64,000 bases of DNA from Candidatus Micrarchaeota archaeon (GTDB lineage: Archaea; Micrarchaeota; Micrarchaeia; Anstonellales; Bilamarchaeaceae), in the NCBI GenBank assembly GCA_041694885.1, contig JBGFRX010000005.1:1-64000 (forward strand). Reading direction: 5' to 3'. The notes under the pieces are model-generated. The model did no database searches and was not told the origin of the DNA. It saw nothing but the letters and a program-made list of their open reading frames with translations. Position numbers and translations under genes: made by a program. Numbering within the stretch: the stretch's first letter is position 1; every line of letters starts with the position of its first letter. Positions 38,870 through 47,838 of the stretch are shown here, in pieces.

Positions 38870-38941
38870 GGCAAATCCCAAGAATATGTGTTTATGTGTT
38901 GGGCGGCAAATAAATTAATAATTGTTCTATGCGAATGCCGG

Positions 38942-39478
38942 ATGAGCAATATGGAAGTGCATGCATTCAAGGAGCAGCCAATCTGGCCGCCTTTTCCTGC
39001 GCGCCGCACCCATATCCCCATGAAGAAAGTACTTGATGTGAGGAACGCAAAAAATGCAAGGAATGCGAGGCCGCGTATAGTGGACCGCACCGAGACGCTG
39101 GAACTCGTGCACTGCTTCGCATGCAACGGGCACATCAGAAAAAGGCATGGCGCAAAGCCCAAGACACGGGTGCTGTTCAGGATCTGGAACAACGCCATTG
39201 AAAAGGTGAAGTACGTGCGCCCGAGATATTACTGCCCGAACTGCAAAGCAGACGTTTTGCCGGAAATCCGCGATGCCCTTCCAAACATGAAATTCGACTT
39301 CGAGATAATAGGGCTCATCCTTGCTTTGAATGCGGACCGTGGCATGGGGTGCAGGTGCATAAGCAAGGCATTTTCGTCCCTATTCGGCATCGGCATCTCA
39401 CCTGCAAGCGTGAGCAACATCCTCAAGAAGATGAAGGCATTTTCCAGCTGCCGCGGCTTAGAAAGGAAAAGAAAATAA
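38942..39478 (+). pseudogene. Truncated IS66-family transposase (TnpC zinc-binding/central region only)
   Basis: CFAC...RYYCPNCK...DALPN..F...LFGIGISPASVSNIL; ends before any DDE domain; no TIRs seen. Confidence 0.65.
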
Positions 39479-39580
39479 GAAGCTCTTATCTTTGCAAACC
39501 ACGCCTGAGAGTTCAACAACCCGGAAAATTTTAAACACTCTGAAAGAAACCCTTATAAACTCACTTGATAAAATAGAGGC

Positions 39581-40417
39581 ATGGTTTTCTATCCAGCCAT
39601 TAGAGAGCTTTTCAACCCGGGCTTGCAGGAAGTGACAGGGCTTCTCATCCATCTTGTGGTCCTTTTCGCGAGCATAATGCTCTCCTTTTACGGACTGCGC
39701 AACTTCGCGCGCTACACAGTTACACTATCCAAAAATACTCATCTTCTCGGAATCGCTTTTGCGCTCATAACTTTCATACCCATAGGGGACATGTTCGAGC
39801 ACCTCGAGCTGTTTCCAGGCACAAGTTTCTGGCACCACATGCACATCTTCACCAATGTCGCGGCATTCTATTTCATCTACCGCTTCGTGCAGCTCATAGA
39901 TGCGAAAGAGCGCGAAGATATGGGAAAAAGCGCAGCACTGCTCGTCGCCATTACAGTGTTCGGAATAGTTTTTTCGGAAAGCGAGGAAATGTTCAAGGCA
40001 GGACTCTTTGGTACTCTCCCGTACCATTACGTCATAGGTACAACCTACATCGCCCTGTTTATCGCCATATTCTGGCTTTCATGGAAGTTCCTGGATCAGA
40101 TAAGCAATCTCGGAAAAATGGAGAGCGCGTTTTCGCTGAAGAGCTTCGCGATTTCCATGATACCGATAATTTCAGCATGCCTGCTCGCAACCGGCGCCAC
40201 CTCGCTTACCGCGGAGTTCATAAGGGACATCATCCCCAGCATTAAGAGCCATCCGTTTGTTCTGCTCATGGTCGCGTCGGTGAACGTGTTCTACCTGTCG
40301 CTCGCCATGACCCTCGTCGGCTTCGGCTACATGGCGGAAAAAATACACGGCTTCTACGCGCCCATAGAAAAATTCGTGGCAAGGAAAAAGACAGAGACCC
40401 GCTACTTCAAAAAATAA
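39581..40417 (+). CDS. Uncharacterised multi-pass (~7 TM) membrane protein, paralog A
   Basis: Hydrophobic segments; FEH-x8-FWHHMH; FSLKSF; FYAPI. Confidence 0.8.
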   Translation: MVFYPAIRELFNPGLQEVTGLLIHLVVLFASIMLSFYGLRNFARYTVTLSKNTHLLGIAFALITFIPIGDMFEHLELFPGTSFWHHMHIFTNVAAFYFIYRFVQLIDAKEREDMGKSAALLVAITVFGIVFSESEEMFKAGLFGTLPYHYVIGTTYIALFIAIFWLSWKFLDQISNLGKMESAFSLKSFAISMIPIISACLLATGATSLTAEFIRDIIPSIKSHPFVLLMVASVNVFYLSLAMTLVGFGYMAEKIHGFYAPIEKFVARKKTETRYFKK

Positions 40418-40426
40418 CAAAAGGGG

Positions 40427-41674
40427 CTATAATATGTTCCCTATCATTTCAAATGCCCGCTTTATTATCTCAGGTGGCGGAAGGAACGTGGTGCGGAAAT
40501 ACGTTCCATCAGTTTGCTTTCCAAACCCGGAGCCAGGAACAAGAACAACTCCTCCTTTGTCCGTTGCCTTCAGGGCAGCCCTTATGAAGTCCCAGTCGCG
40601 CTTTCCTTCCCATTTTCCGCTCTTTATCTTCATGAACGCGTAGAAAGCGCCGTTTGGCTCAGGATAGGAAAGAGGAAGCCCAGAGGTCGCTTTTTCCAGC
40701 GCCTTCTTCCTTTCGATGAGCGTTTTTTTCACGTCCACAAGATAAGGGTCAACATCCTTCACGAGCGTTGCCGCAACGCCTTCCTGGAACTCCCAGTTCA
40801 GCGCAAGGCGCCTGTTGCATTCCTTCTGCACCGCCTCCTTTATCATCCCCCATTCGTCCTTTCCGCCTTTTCCCATGGAATGGAAAGCGAGCCAGCCCAC
40901 CCTTGCACCAGGGTAGAAGTAAATCTTCGAGACCGAACTTCCATAGATGTATGGAATTTTCCCATCTGCGATTTTCCTGAAATCTACTGGCTCGCCGAAC
41001 GTGAGCCGGTCATAAGCGCCGTCGTAGAAGACCGGCACTTCGTGCCTTGCGCACACTTCGACCGCAGCCCTGAGGTTGCCTTCCGAATAGACCGAGCCAA
41101 GAGGGTTGTTAGGGTTTATTATGACCGCGAATTTCGCGCCCTGGATTTTCTTTTCCAAATCACCTATATCTATCTGCCCGTTCTCATCATGCCTGTAAAA
41201 AGCGGAATTCGCGCCGTTTAGGTTCGCCTCGGTTATGTAAATCGAGTATGTGGGATTAGGAAGCACAGCCTTGTCCCCTGGGTTGACCATCGTGGAAAAG
41301 AGGAACTTTATCCCTTCCGTGAGCCCGTGCATCACGAAAACGTCGTCAGGAGTACAATTTCCGCCCTCAATTTCCGCTGCCTTTTTCCTTAGCGATTCAG
41401 TGCCCTGCGAGGGCGGATAGCCCTTGAGTTTTTTCCCGAGCGCTGCTTTCACGTTTTCCGCGATCGCGTCAGTCAGCCCCATTTTCAGGTCGTAGTTGGA
41501 TTTCGCAGGGTCGCCTATGTTTAGCCAGATCATCTGCCTTCCCTGCTTCTGGAGCTGCACCGCTTCGATCACTACATCGCGTATCGCGTATTCCACAAAT
41601 TCCATTCGTTTGGATGGCCCGAATGCCACATTATCGCTTTTTCGTCCAGTGTCCATAATACCCCCTCTGTTCAT
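40427..41674 (-). CDS. Class I/II PLP aminotransferase (AlaA-like)
   Basis: EYAIRDVV, LNIGDP, INPNNPLG, DGAY, SVSK..YPGARVG, GAFY, VPGSGFG. Confidence 0.9.
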   Translation of the reverse strand: MNRGGIMDTGRKSDNVAFGPSKRMEFVEYAIRDVVIEAVQLQKQGRQMIWLNIGDPAKSNYDLKMGLTDAIAENVKAALGKKLKGYPPSQGTESLRKKAAEIEGGNCTPDDVFVMHGLTEGIKFLFSTMVNPGDKAVLPNPTYSIYITEANLNGANSAFYRHDENGQIDIGDLEKKIQGAKFAVIINPNNPLGSVYSEGNLRAAVEVCARHEVPVFYDGAYDRLTFGEPVDFRKIADGKIPYIYGSSVSKIYFYPGARVGWLAFHSMGKGGKDEWGMIKEAVQKECNRRLALNWEFQEGVAATLVKDVDPYLVDVKKTLIERKKALEKATSGLPLSYPEPNGAFYAFMKIKSGKWEGKRDWDFIRAALKATDKGGVVLVPGSGFGKQTDGTYFRTTFLPPPEIIKRAFEMIGNIL

Positions 41675-41739
41675 ATGAAGAAATTATCCGGAGTATGTTT
41701 AAATAATGTGTGATGGCGCAGACCTTGCGCATGCTTTAC

Positions 41740-41963
41740 TGACATTGTGTGGCGATGCAGTCAAACGCCGTGGATTGGCCGCAAAAAGGTTGCGCATGCA
41801 ACGATGTTTGACGGCATCGGGCGAATGCCACCTGCTTCAGCTGGTTGATGAAACTACTAACCATTGCATTTTTTCTGGTGACGCCTTTGAGCGAGTGCTG
41901 TTGTTTGGCGACGGCACGCAGTCCCTCGACTTCATGAGTCGTGGGTTCGCCACACGGTGTCAC
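41740..41963 (+). mobile_element. 224-bp structured TIR-bounded element, IS200/IS605-like non-autonomous (or ncRNA)
   Basis: Preceded by TTAC; TGACATTGTGTGGCGA pairs with TCGCCACACGGTGTCA (2 G-U); ends TCAC; internal G-U-rich hairpins; CCCTCGACTT cat GAGTCGTGGG resembles an IS605 end hairpin. Confidence 0.6.
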
Positions 41964-43369
41964 TAACGATGCTCCCTTGCATGGCTGTCAATTATTTTTG
42001 CAACGTTGACAGGATGCATTGGGGGCCTGACCATAGCAACCCTTGCTCTTGTTTTCTCGCCAAAAGGTTCACTTGGAGTTATACATACTCCTTTTTCATC
42101 CACCAACGCTGCGGTCAGCGCATTGCTGTTTACGCCCTTTACATATTCGAGGTAGTGGTAAAATGGGATTTCAGGCTTGCCGAATGGATATTCAAGAACT
42201 TTGCCATAGCGTTTTTGAAGCCTCTCGATTTCGGTTCCGAACTGCATGCTCCAGTTCGCGAACGTTTTGAAATTCGGCGCAAGTTCCTTCATAATAGTTT
42301 CGTACTCCTCGTAGTACGGCAATGAAGCATACTGCGTGAGCGTGTTTTCTCCAAGGTACATTGCAAAGGCGGTTCCCAGTGCATCGTGCAACGCGTCGTT
42401 CACCAGTTTTGCGGTTTTCAATGCGTCCGGTATGTATGGTGTGAAGAAGCCGCCGTGGAAACCAGTTCCCAGCGTTTTGTCTATTCCACTCATGAAAAGC
42501 AGGGGCACGCCGGTTTCCTCGGAGATTTTGAAAAAGTCGATCCTCTGTGCAGAAGGTATGTAATCCCTGTAAATGTCATCAATAATAAGGAGCACTGCAT
42601 TTCCAGTTTCCAGCATGTGAAGCTGCAAGCCATCGGCAATCTGTCTGGCCGTTTTCGCCTTTAGTATAGTGCCGGTTGGATTATCTCCAGATATAACAAC
42701 AACAGCGCGCGTATGCTCATCCAGTTTGGAAAGCACTGATTTTACGTCAGGTGAGCCGTTGTCCTCCCCACCTCTTATTCTTTCAGCACGCTTCACCTCC
42801 ACACCATACAGAATCAAAATGCCTGCCCATGGTGCATAGACGGGGTTCACACACACAACGTTGCTCTTCAGATTTGATACAAGAAGCCCGGTGAACTGCA
42901 ATCCTTCGGTCACGCCATTGACGCCATAAATATTTTTTGGATCGAGACCATATTGTGCCGCAATCGCCCTGCGTAATCGCAGCATTCCCTGCGAGTTCGT
43001 ATAAACTATACGAGCAACTTCGCCATTTATCTCCTTTCCATTCAAGACATCGTGAAGAACACTTGTTACTGAGGGTGCACCCTCTATCGACTGGTCAATG
43101 TGCGTGTTTCCAATGTCGTGGCGCAGTACACCATGCTTTACGCCATCATTGATCCATTCAGTGCCACTGTCCGCGTGTGCCTGCCCTTTCTTCACTGAGT
43201 CGCTTCCGCGCAGCGTGCACTTCGCCGCTTTCTCGAACCTAGAGATATCCAGATTCAACGTGAGCACGCCCGCTTCGCCAAGCTTCTTCACTTCTGCGAG
43301 CCGTTCCTTGGAACTAAGCTTCAAAAATTGTTCTTTGTTCATAGTTCGTTGCGCCAAATTCATAAACAA
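41963..43369 (-). CDS. Divergent class I/II PLP aminotransferase
   Basis: DIGN, YTNSQG...LR, NGVTEG, NPTG, IDDIY, SGIDK. Confidence 0.8.
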   Translation of the reverse strand: MFMNLAQRTMNKEQFLKLSSKERLAEVKKLGEAGVLTLNLDISRFEKAAKCTLRGSDSVKKGQAHADSGTEWINDGVKHGVLRHDIGNTHIDQSIEGAPSVTSVLHDVLNGKEINGEVARIVYTNSQGMLRLRRAIAAQYGLDPKNIYGVNGVTEGLQFTGLLVSNLKSNVVCVNPVYAPWAGILILYGVEVKRAERIRGGEDNGSPDVKSVLSKLDEHTRAVVVISGDNPTGTILKAKTARQIADGLQLHMLETGNAVLLIIDDIYRDYIPSAQRIDFFKISEETGVPLLFMSGIDKTLGTGFHGGFFTPYIPDALKTAKLVNDALHDALGTAFAMYLGENTLTQYASLPYYEEYETIMKELAPNFKTFANWSMQFGTEIERLQKRYGKVLEYPFGKPEIPFYHYLEYVKGVNSNALTAALVDEKGVCITPSEPFGEKTRARVAMVRPPMHPVNVAKIIDSHAREHR

Positions 43370-43419
43370 TCCCCAATTTTATTCTTTGTGGTAGTATATT
43401 TAAATATATTGGTTTAGTT

Positions 43420-44700
43420 CTATGGCTTCACCCTCTGCCTGTCCCTTGGGAACATCACCGCATCGCGTATGTTCCCGAGTTCACAGAGTGCCATGGTCAT
43501 CCTGTCCAAGCCCATGCTCCAGCCAGCGTGCGGAGGAGCACCGTACTTGAATGCGTCTATGTACGACTTGAAGCCCGCGGGCTCCATTCCCTTTGCCGAA
43601 ATTTGTTTTTCGAGCAAATCCGGAATGTGAATCCGCTGCGCTCCTGAAGCGACCTCCATCCCGCGATAAATCAAATCATAAGCCCTGCACATCTTAGGAT
43701 TGTCTTCGTAAGGCATAGAGTAGAAAGCCCGAACAGCAGTAGGGTAATCCTTCACAATAACGACATCGCTCTTCGCGGTTTCGCAGATTTTCACCTCCTG
43801 CTCCCTGGAAAAATCCTCTCCCCACCTTATCCTTTCTCCGTCTGCATTAAGCGCTTTCACCAGATCGGAATAAGCGTATACAGCTGCCTTTTCCGGCACT
43901 TCGAGTTTCGCGTTCAGGGTTTCGAGTTCAGCCCTGTTCCTTTCATTCACGCTGTTCAGCATTTGCAGGAACACTTCTCCCAGGACAGCAATCGCGTCTT
44001 CATCATCAGCAAAAGCCATCTCTATGTCCATCTGGTGTATTTCGTTTATGTGGTAGGGACCTTCGTGTTTCTCTGCCCTGAAAACAGGAGTGGTCATGAA
44101 CACACGCTCCATTCCTCCAATTACTGCCAATTGCTTGTAGAACTGCGGGCTCTGCGCTAAAAACGCCGGTTTATCAAAATAATCGATTTTGAAGAGCTGC
44201 GCCCCCCCTTCGGTGGAAGAGCCGACTATGCACGCAGGATTTATCTCCTCGAAATCCAGCGAAAGGAGCGCCTCGCGGAACGCACTTTCCAGAGTTGCCC
44301 TTATGTCGAATATCGCCCTTGTTTTCTCCCTTCGCAGATCCAGTGAACGGTTGTCCAGCCGCACGTTCAGGTTTGGCTCTTTCTTTTGCACAGGGTAAAA
44401 AGGGAGTGGGCTGTAAATTTTTCCAACGACCTTAATGCTCTCCGCTTCCAATTCCACTCCGTTTGGAGCCCTCGGCTCCTTCCTGACAGTTCCTTTCACC
44501 TGGATTGCGCTTTCCTTTTCTATTTTTTCTTCAGGTTTCGAGGAAAGTTTCACCTGTATCTTTCCGCTTCCGTCTCGCAGGGTGAGAAATGTAAGCGTGC
44601 CCAATTCCCTTATATTGTGCACCCAACCCGCGAGAACTGCAGGTTTTCCGTCAAAGATTCCGGATTCGGAGAGCACAGATGCTATGCTCCGTTCCTTCAT
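43420..44700 (-). CDS. aspS: Non-discriminating aspartate--tRNA(Asp/Asn) ligase
   Basis: GWVH and RAPNG (His/Pro determinants of ND type), LAQSPQ, FRAE, GAQRIH, GAPPHAG, FPRD. Confidence 0.95.
   Translation of the reverse strand: MKERSIASVLSESGIFDGKPAVLAGWVHNIRELGTLTFLTLRDGSGKIQVKLSSKPEEKIEKESAIQVKGTVRKEPRAPNGVELEAESIKVVGKIYSPLPFYPVQKKEPNLNVRLDNRSLDLRREKTRAIFDIRATLESAFREALLSLDFEEINPACIVGSSTEGGAQLFKIDYFDKPAFLAQSPQFYKQLAVIGGMERVFMTTPVFRAEKHEGPYHINEIHQMDIEMAFADDEDAIAVLGEVFLQMLNSVNERNRAELETLNAKLEVPEKAAVYAYSDLVKALNADGERIRWGEDFSREQEVKICETAKSDVVIVKDYPTAVRAFYSMPYEDNPKMCRAYDLIYRGMEVASGAQRIHIPDLLEKQISAKGMEPAGFKSYIDAFKYGAPPHAGWSMGLDRMTMALCELGNIRDAVMFPRDRQRVKP
44612..44659. repeat. 48-bp exact direct repeat, copy within aspS
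   Basis: Identical to 44849-44896. Confidence 0.95.
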
Positions 44701-44848
44701 GGAAGTGGAAGAAGCGAGCAGCTCGCGGCTGCGCGTCCGTTTTTGTGCAGAATCAGATCCTTTGAAAATGGTTTCACCTGTGCTGCTGTTACAGTTCGGC
44801 GTATAGTTGGACGTAACCGCTTAAAAATCTACCGCGAAACTTTTTAAG

Positions 44849-44896
44849 ATATTGTGCACCCAACCCGCGAGAACTGCAGGTTTTCCGTCAAAGATT
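44849..44896. repeat. 48-bp exact direct repeat, copy upstream of aspS overlapping the stop of the membrane gene
   Basis: ATATTGTGCACCCAACCCGCGAGAACTGCAGGTTTTCCGTCAAAGATT in both places. Confidence 0.95.
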
Positions 44897-45796
44897 TTTC
44901 AAATTCATCCAACCTGAAAAGGAGCGTTCTGTGACTTTCCCTGAATGAGCTGATGAGGCCTTTTTCTGCCTTACGACCCTCGTACTCCTGTTGGTGCTGA
45001 GGAAGCGTGCTATAGGCGTGTAGAACGCCTCGGCACGCATGGTCGCGAACACGAAGAACATTATTGTAGTGGTAAGCACGACGTACAGCATGTTCTGGAA
45101 GATGCGCGCCAGCGTGGTTATCTCGTTGTGCCCGAACAACACGAGCGCTGTTCCCATTATATCTATGTTTATGGTGAGCAGGAACAGTATACCGATGAGC
45201 GAGTAGAGCGCAGAAGTGAGTATGAACGTCTTCAGCGAGAACGTGTTCCTGGTGACTTCATTCATATTCGAGATGTTCTTCCATGTTTTGAGCAATATAA
45301 CCAGTGTCAGGAGCGAAAGTACGAGGAACAGCAGCGCGTCAAAATTTACCTCTATTATCAATTCGATATGATACAGCGCATAGAGCGGAACAAACATCGC
45401 AAGGAGCACGAGAACGGTTTCGCGCACCACATGCTCTGCGCGCTCGGGCGTTTTGCTCTCCCATGTGGAGGTGAAAAGATATACAAAATAAATCGCCGCG
45501 ATTCCGGACGCGAGGTGCATGTAATGCCAGAAATGCCCTGCCGGAGGCATGTTGGTGTGCTCGAACAGCTCGAATATGCCTATGCTGCTTATGAAAGCGA
45601 ACACCATTGCGAGCCGCATCCAGCGCACGAATAGTTTGCTGTAATGCATTATCACGCTCCTCAGGCCCAAAATACCTGCAATTATCAGGAATATTATGAA
45701 CACGATGTGCATGTCGAACGCGCTTATTACGAATGAATCAGTATCCTCCAGATCCGGAAACAAGGGGATTATGCCCTGAGTCTTCCCGGTCGCCAT
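44888..45796 (-). CDS. Uncharacterised multi-pass (~7 TM) membrane protein, paralog B
   Basis: FEH-x8-FWHYMH; FSLKTF; FYTPI; colinear with 39581-40417. Confidence 0.8.
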   Translation of the reverse strand: MATGKTQGIIPLFPDLEDTDSFVISAFDMHIVFIIFLIIAGILGLRSVIMHYSKLFVRWMRLAMVFAFISSIGIFELFEHTNMPPAGHFWHYMHLASGIAAIYFVYLFTSTWESKTPERAEHVVRETVLVLLAMFVPLYALYHIELIIEVNFDALLFLVLSLLTLVILLKTWKNISNMNEVTRNTFSLKTFILTSALYSLIGILFLLTINIDIMGTALVLFGHNEITTLARIFQNMLYVVLTTTIMFFVFATMRAEAFYTPIARFLSTNRSTRVVRQKKASSAHSGKVTERSFSGWMNLKNL

Positions 45797-45820
45797 TACA
45801 ACACCGCAATATCGTCAATA

Positions 45821-45923
45821 TAAGAGTTTATAATTCTTCCACCTCACGTCAGCAGATGGTTGTTTGTCCCACCATGCAGGCCTCGCTATTCGCCACTTCA
45901 CATGAAAAAGACGAAAATTAAAT
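45821..45923 (-). repeat. 103-bp dispersed repeat, copy 2
   Basis: Inverted copy of 19759-19861, 7 substitutions. Confidence 0.95.
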
Positions 45924-46016
45924 GGATTTTTTACGTGCCGCGTCATTTATTAAAATTTTGCACGCATCTTATCATACATCGCTGAAACCATGCGACTTAG
46001 TTAACAGGGTGGGAAA

Positions 46017-47132
46017 ATGAAAACAACTCTTACAGTAATAAAGGCGGACGTGGGCGGCTTCACTGCGCATTCGGACGTCCATCCGCGGCTTATCGAGAGC
46101 GCGCAGAAGTCCTTGGAGGTGGGAAAGAAGAAGGGTATAATACTGGACTATTACGTGACGAAGGTGGGCGACGATCTCCAGCTCATAATGACGCACGACA
46201 AGGGCGTTGACTCGAAGGAAGTGCATGCGCTCGCGTGGGACGCGTTCATTGCAGCTACTGCGATTGCGAAGGAACTCAAGCTCTACGGTGCTGGCCAGGA
46301 CCTTCTCGCAGATGCGTTCAGCGGGAACATAAAGGGCATGGGGCCCGGATGCGCTGAGCTCGAGTTCGAGGAAAGGAAGAGCGAACCTGTGATAGTATTC
46401 ATGATGGATAAGACCGATCCAGGCGCGTTCAACCTGCCGGTTTTCAAAATGTTCGGGGACCCGTTCAACACAGCAGGGCTCACGATAGACCCGAACATGG
46501 TTTCCGGCTTCGCGTTCGAGGTATGGGACATCTACGGGAACAAAAAAATTGTGCTTAACAGCCCGGAGGAACTCTACGCGCTCCTTGCACTGATAGGCAC
46601 GAAGAGCAAATACGTAATAAAAAGGGTGTTCCCGCGCACAGGAAACAAAGTTCCCCAGACCGAAGCAGTTGCGGCCATAAGCACGGACAAGCTCCACCTC
46701 ATTGCCGGAGAATACGTAGGCAAGGACGACCCGGTGGCCATAGTGAGGTGCCAGTCAGGGCTCCCGTCGCAGGGAGAGGCGCTCGAGCCATTCGCGTTCC
46801 CGCATTTGGTTGCCGGATGGATGAGGGGCTCGCACAACGGTCCCCTTATGCCAGTTGGGCAGAAGGATTCCATGACAACCAGGTTCGACGGGCCGACGAG
46901 AGTGGTGGGGCTGGGCTTTCAAATCGCCAACGGAAAATTGGTGGGGCCAGCAGACCTTTTGGGAGACATCGCGTTCGACAACGCGAGGAAAAAGGCGCTC
47001 CAGATTGCGGATTACATGAGAAGGCACGGTCCGTTCGAGCCGCACCGGCTCTCAGCAGAGGAGATGGAGTACACGAGCATGCCCAAAATAATGAAGAATC
47101 TGGAGGGCAGGTTCGAGAAGATAGAGAAGTGA
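46017..47132 (+). CDS. fbp: Bifunctional fructose-1,6-bisphosphate aldolase/phosphatase
   Basis: IKADVGG, VGDD, YGAGQDLL, DPFNTAGL, YVGKDDP, GWMRGSH, HGPFEPHRL. Confidence 0.97.
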   Translation: MKTTLTVIKADVGGFTAHSDVHPRLIESAQKSLEVGKKKGIILDYYVTKVGDDLQLIMTHDKGVDSKEVHALAWDAFIAATAIAKELKLYGAGQDLLADAFSGNIKGMGPGCAELEFEERKSEPVIVFMMDKTDPGAFNLPVFKMFGDPFNTAGLTIDPNMVSGFAFEVWDIYGNKKIVLNSPEELYALLALIGTKSKYVIKRVFPRTGNKVPQTEAVAAISTDKLHLIAGEYVGKDDPVAIVRCQSGLPSQGEALEPFAFPHLVAGWMRGSHNGPLMPVGQKDSMTTRFDGPTRVVGLGFQIANGKLVGPADLLGDIAFDNARKKALQIADYMRRHGPFEPHRLSAEEMEYTSMPKIMKNLEGRFEKIEK

Positions 47133-47149
47133 TTTTCGGCTAGTGCGGA

Positions 47150-47752
47150 TTAGTAAAACATGTTGCCGTGCATGATTATCCAGTTCTTTATTTTTTTCTC
47201 CTCAGCATTTATCGCAAGAAGAACTTCCCCATAATCAGCGAACTGCGTCATCAGCCGGTTTCCGAGCCATTCGTCGCGTTTAAGCCTGCGCACTGTTTCC
47301 AGATCCGCGCCTGCAAGACCTGCTGCGATGGATTTGCGTTGTGCCTGCCCTCCATTGGAATATTCCAAGGCAATGCCTGCTTTTATGGCATTTCTTACGT
47401 TCTCCTCCATTTTTTCCCTGGCAAGCGCCATGCCGAGGAAATAAGCGCTCAAGTATACGGAATAGCCCTTCCCGTGCTTCAGGATTTTGAGCACTACATC
47501 TGCATTTTCCCTGGAGAGCGCCGCTCCTTTTCTGAGTTTTTTTTCAAGCCCTTTGAGGGATGAAACAATGTCCATGTTTTCTTCCGCAGACCGTGCAAAC
47601 TTTCCGAAGTCCTTTATATTAGCCGGCGTTGTTCTGGTACTGTGCCAATATTTCGTTCCTTGCGCACTGGCTTCTGACCCCTTTAGCGCAACAATAACCG
47701 GTTTTGCATTGTCGGTCTTCAAATGCCGTTTTATCCGTGCCATGGAATTCAC
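47150..47752 (-). CDS. Hypothetical protein
   Basis: 200-aa ORF filling the gap between convergent fbp and argH; no motif recognised. Confidence 0.6.
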   Translation of the reverse strand: MNSMARIKRHLKTDNAKPVIVALKGSEASAQGTKYWHSTRTTPANIKDFGKFARSAEENMDIVSSLKGLEKKLRKGAALSRENADVVLKILKHGKGYSVYLSAYFLGMALAREKMEENVRNAIKAGIALEYSNGGQAQRKSIAAGLAGADLETVRRLKRDEWLGNRLMTQFADYGEVLLAINAEEKKIKNWIIMHGNMFY

Positions 47753-47838
47753 TTGTGCGTGTTCTGCTTATTTCGCGCAGGAGTCCTTTATTAATCTTTT
47801 ATTTCAACCTTTTTCCACTATTAGCCGAGAAAACGAAT

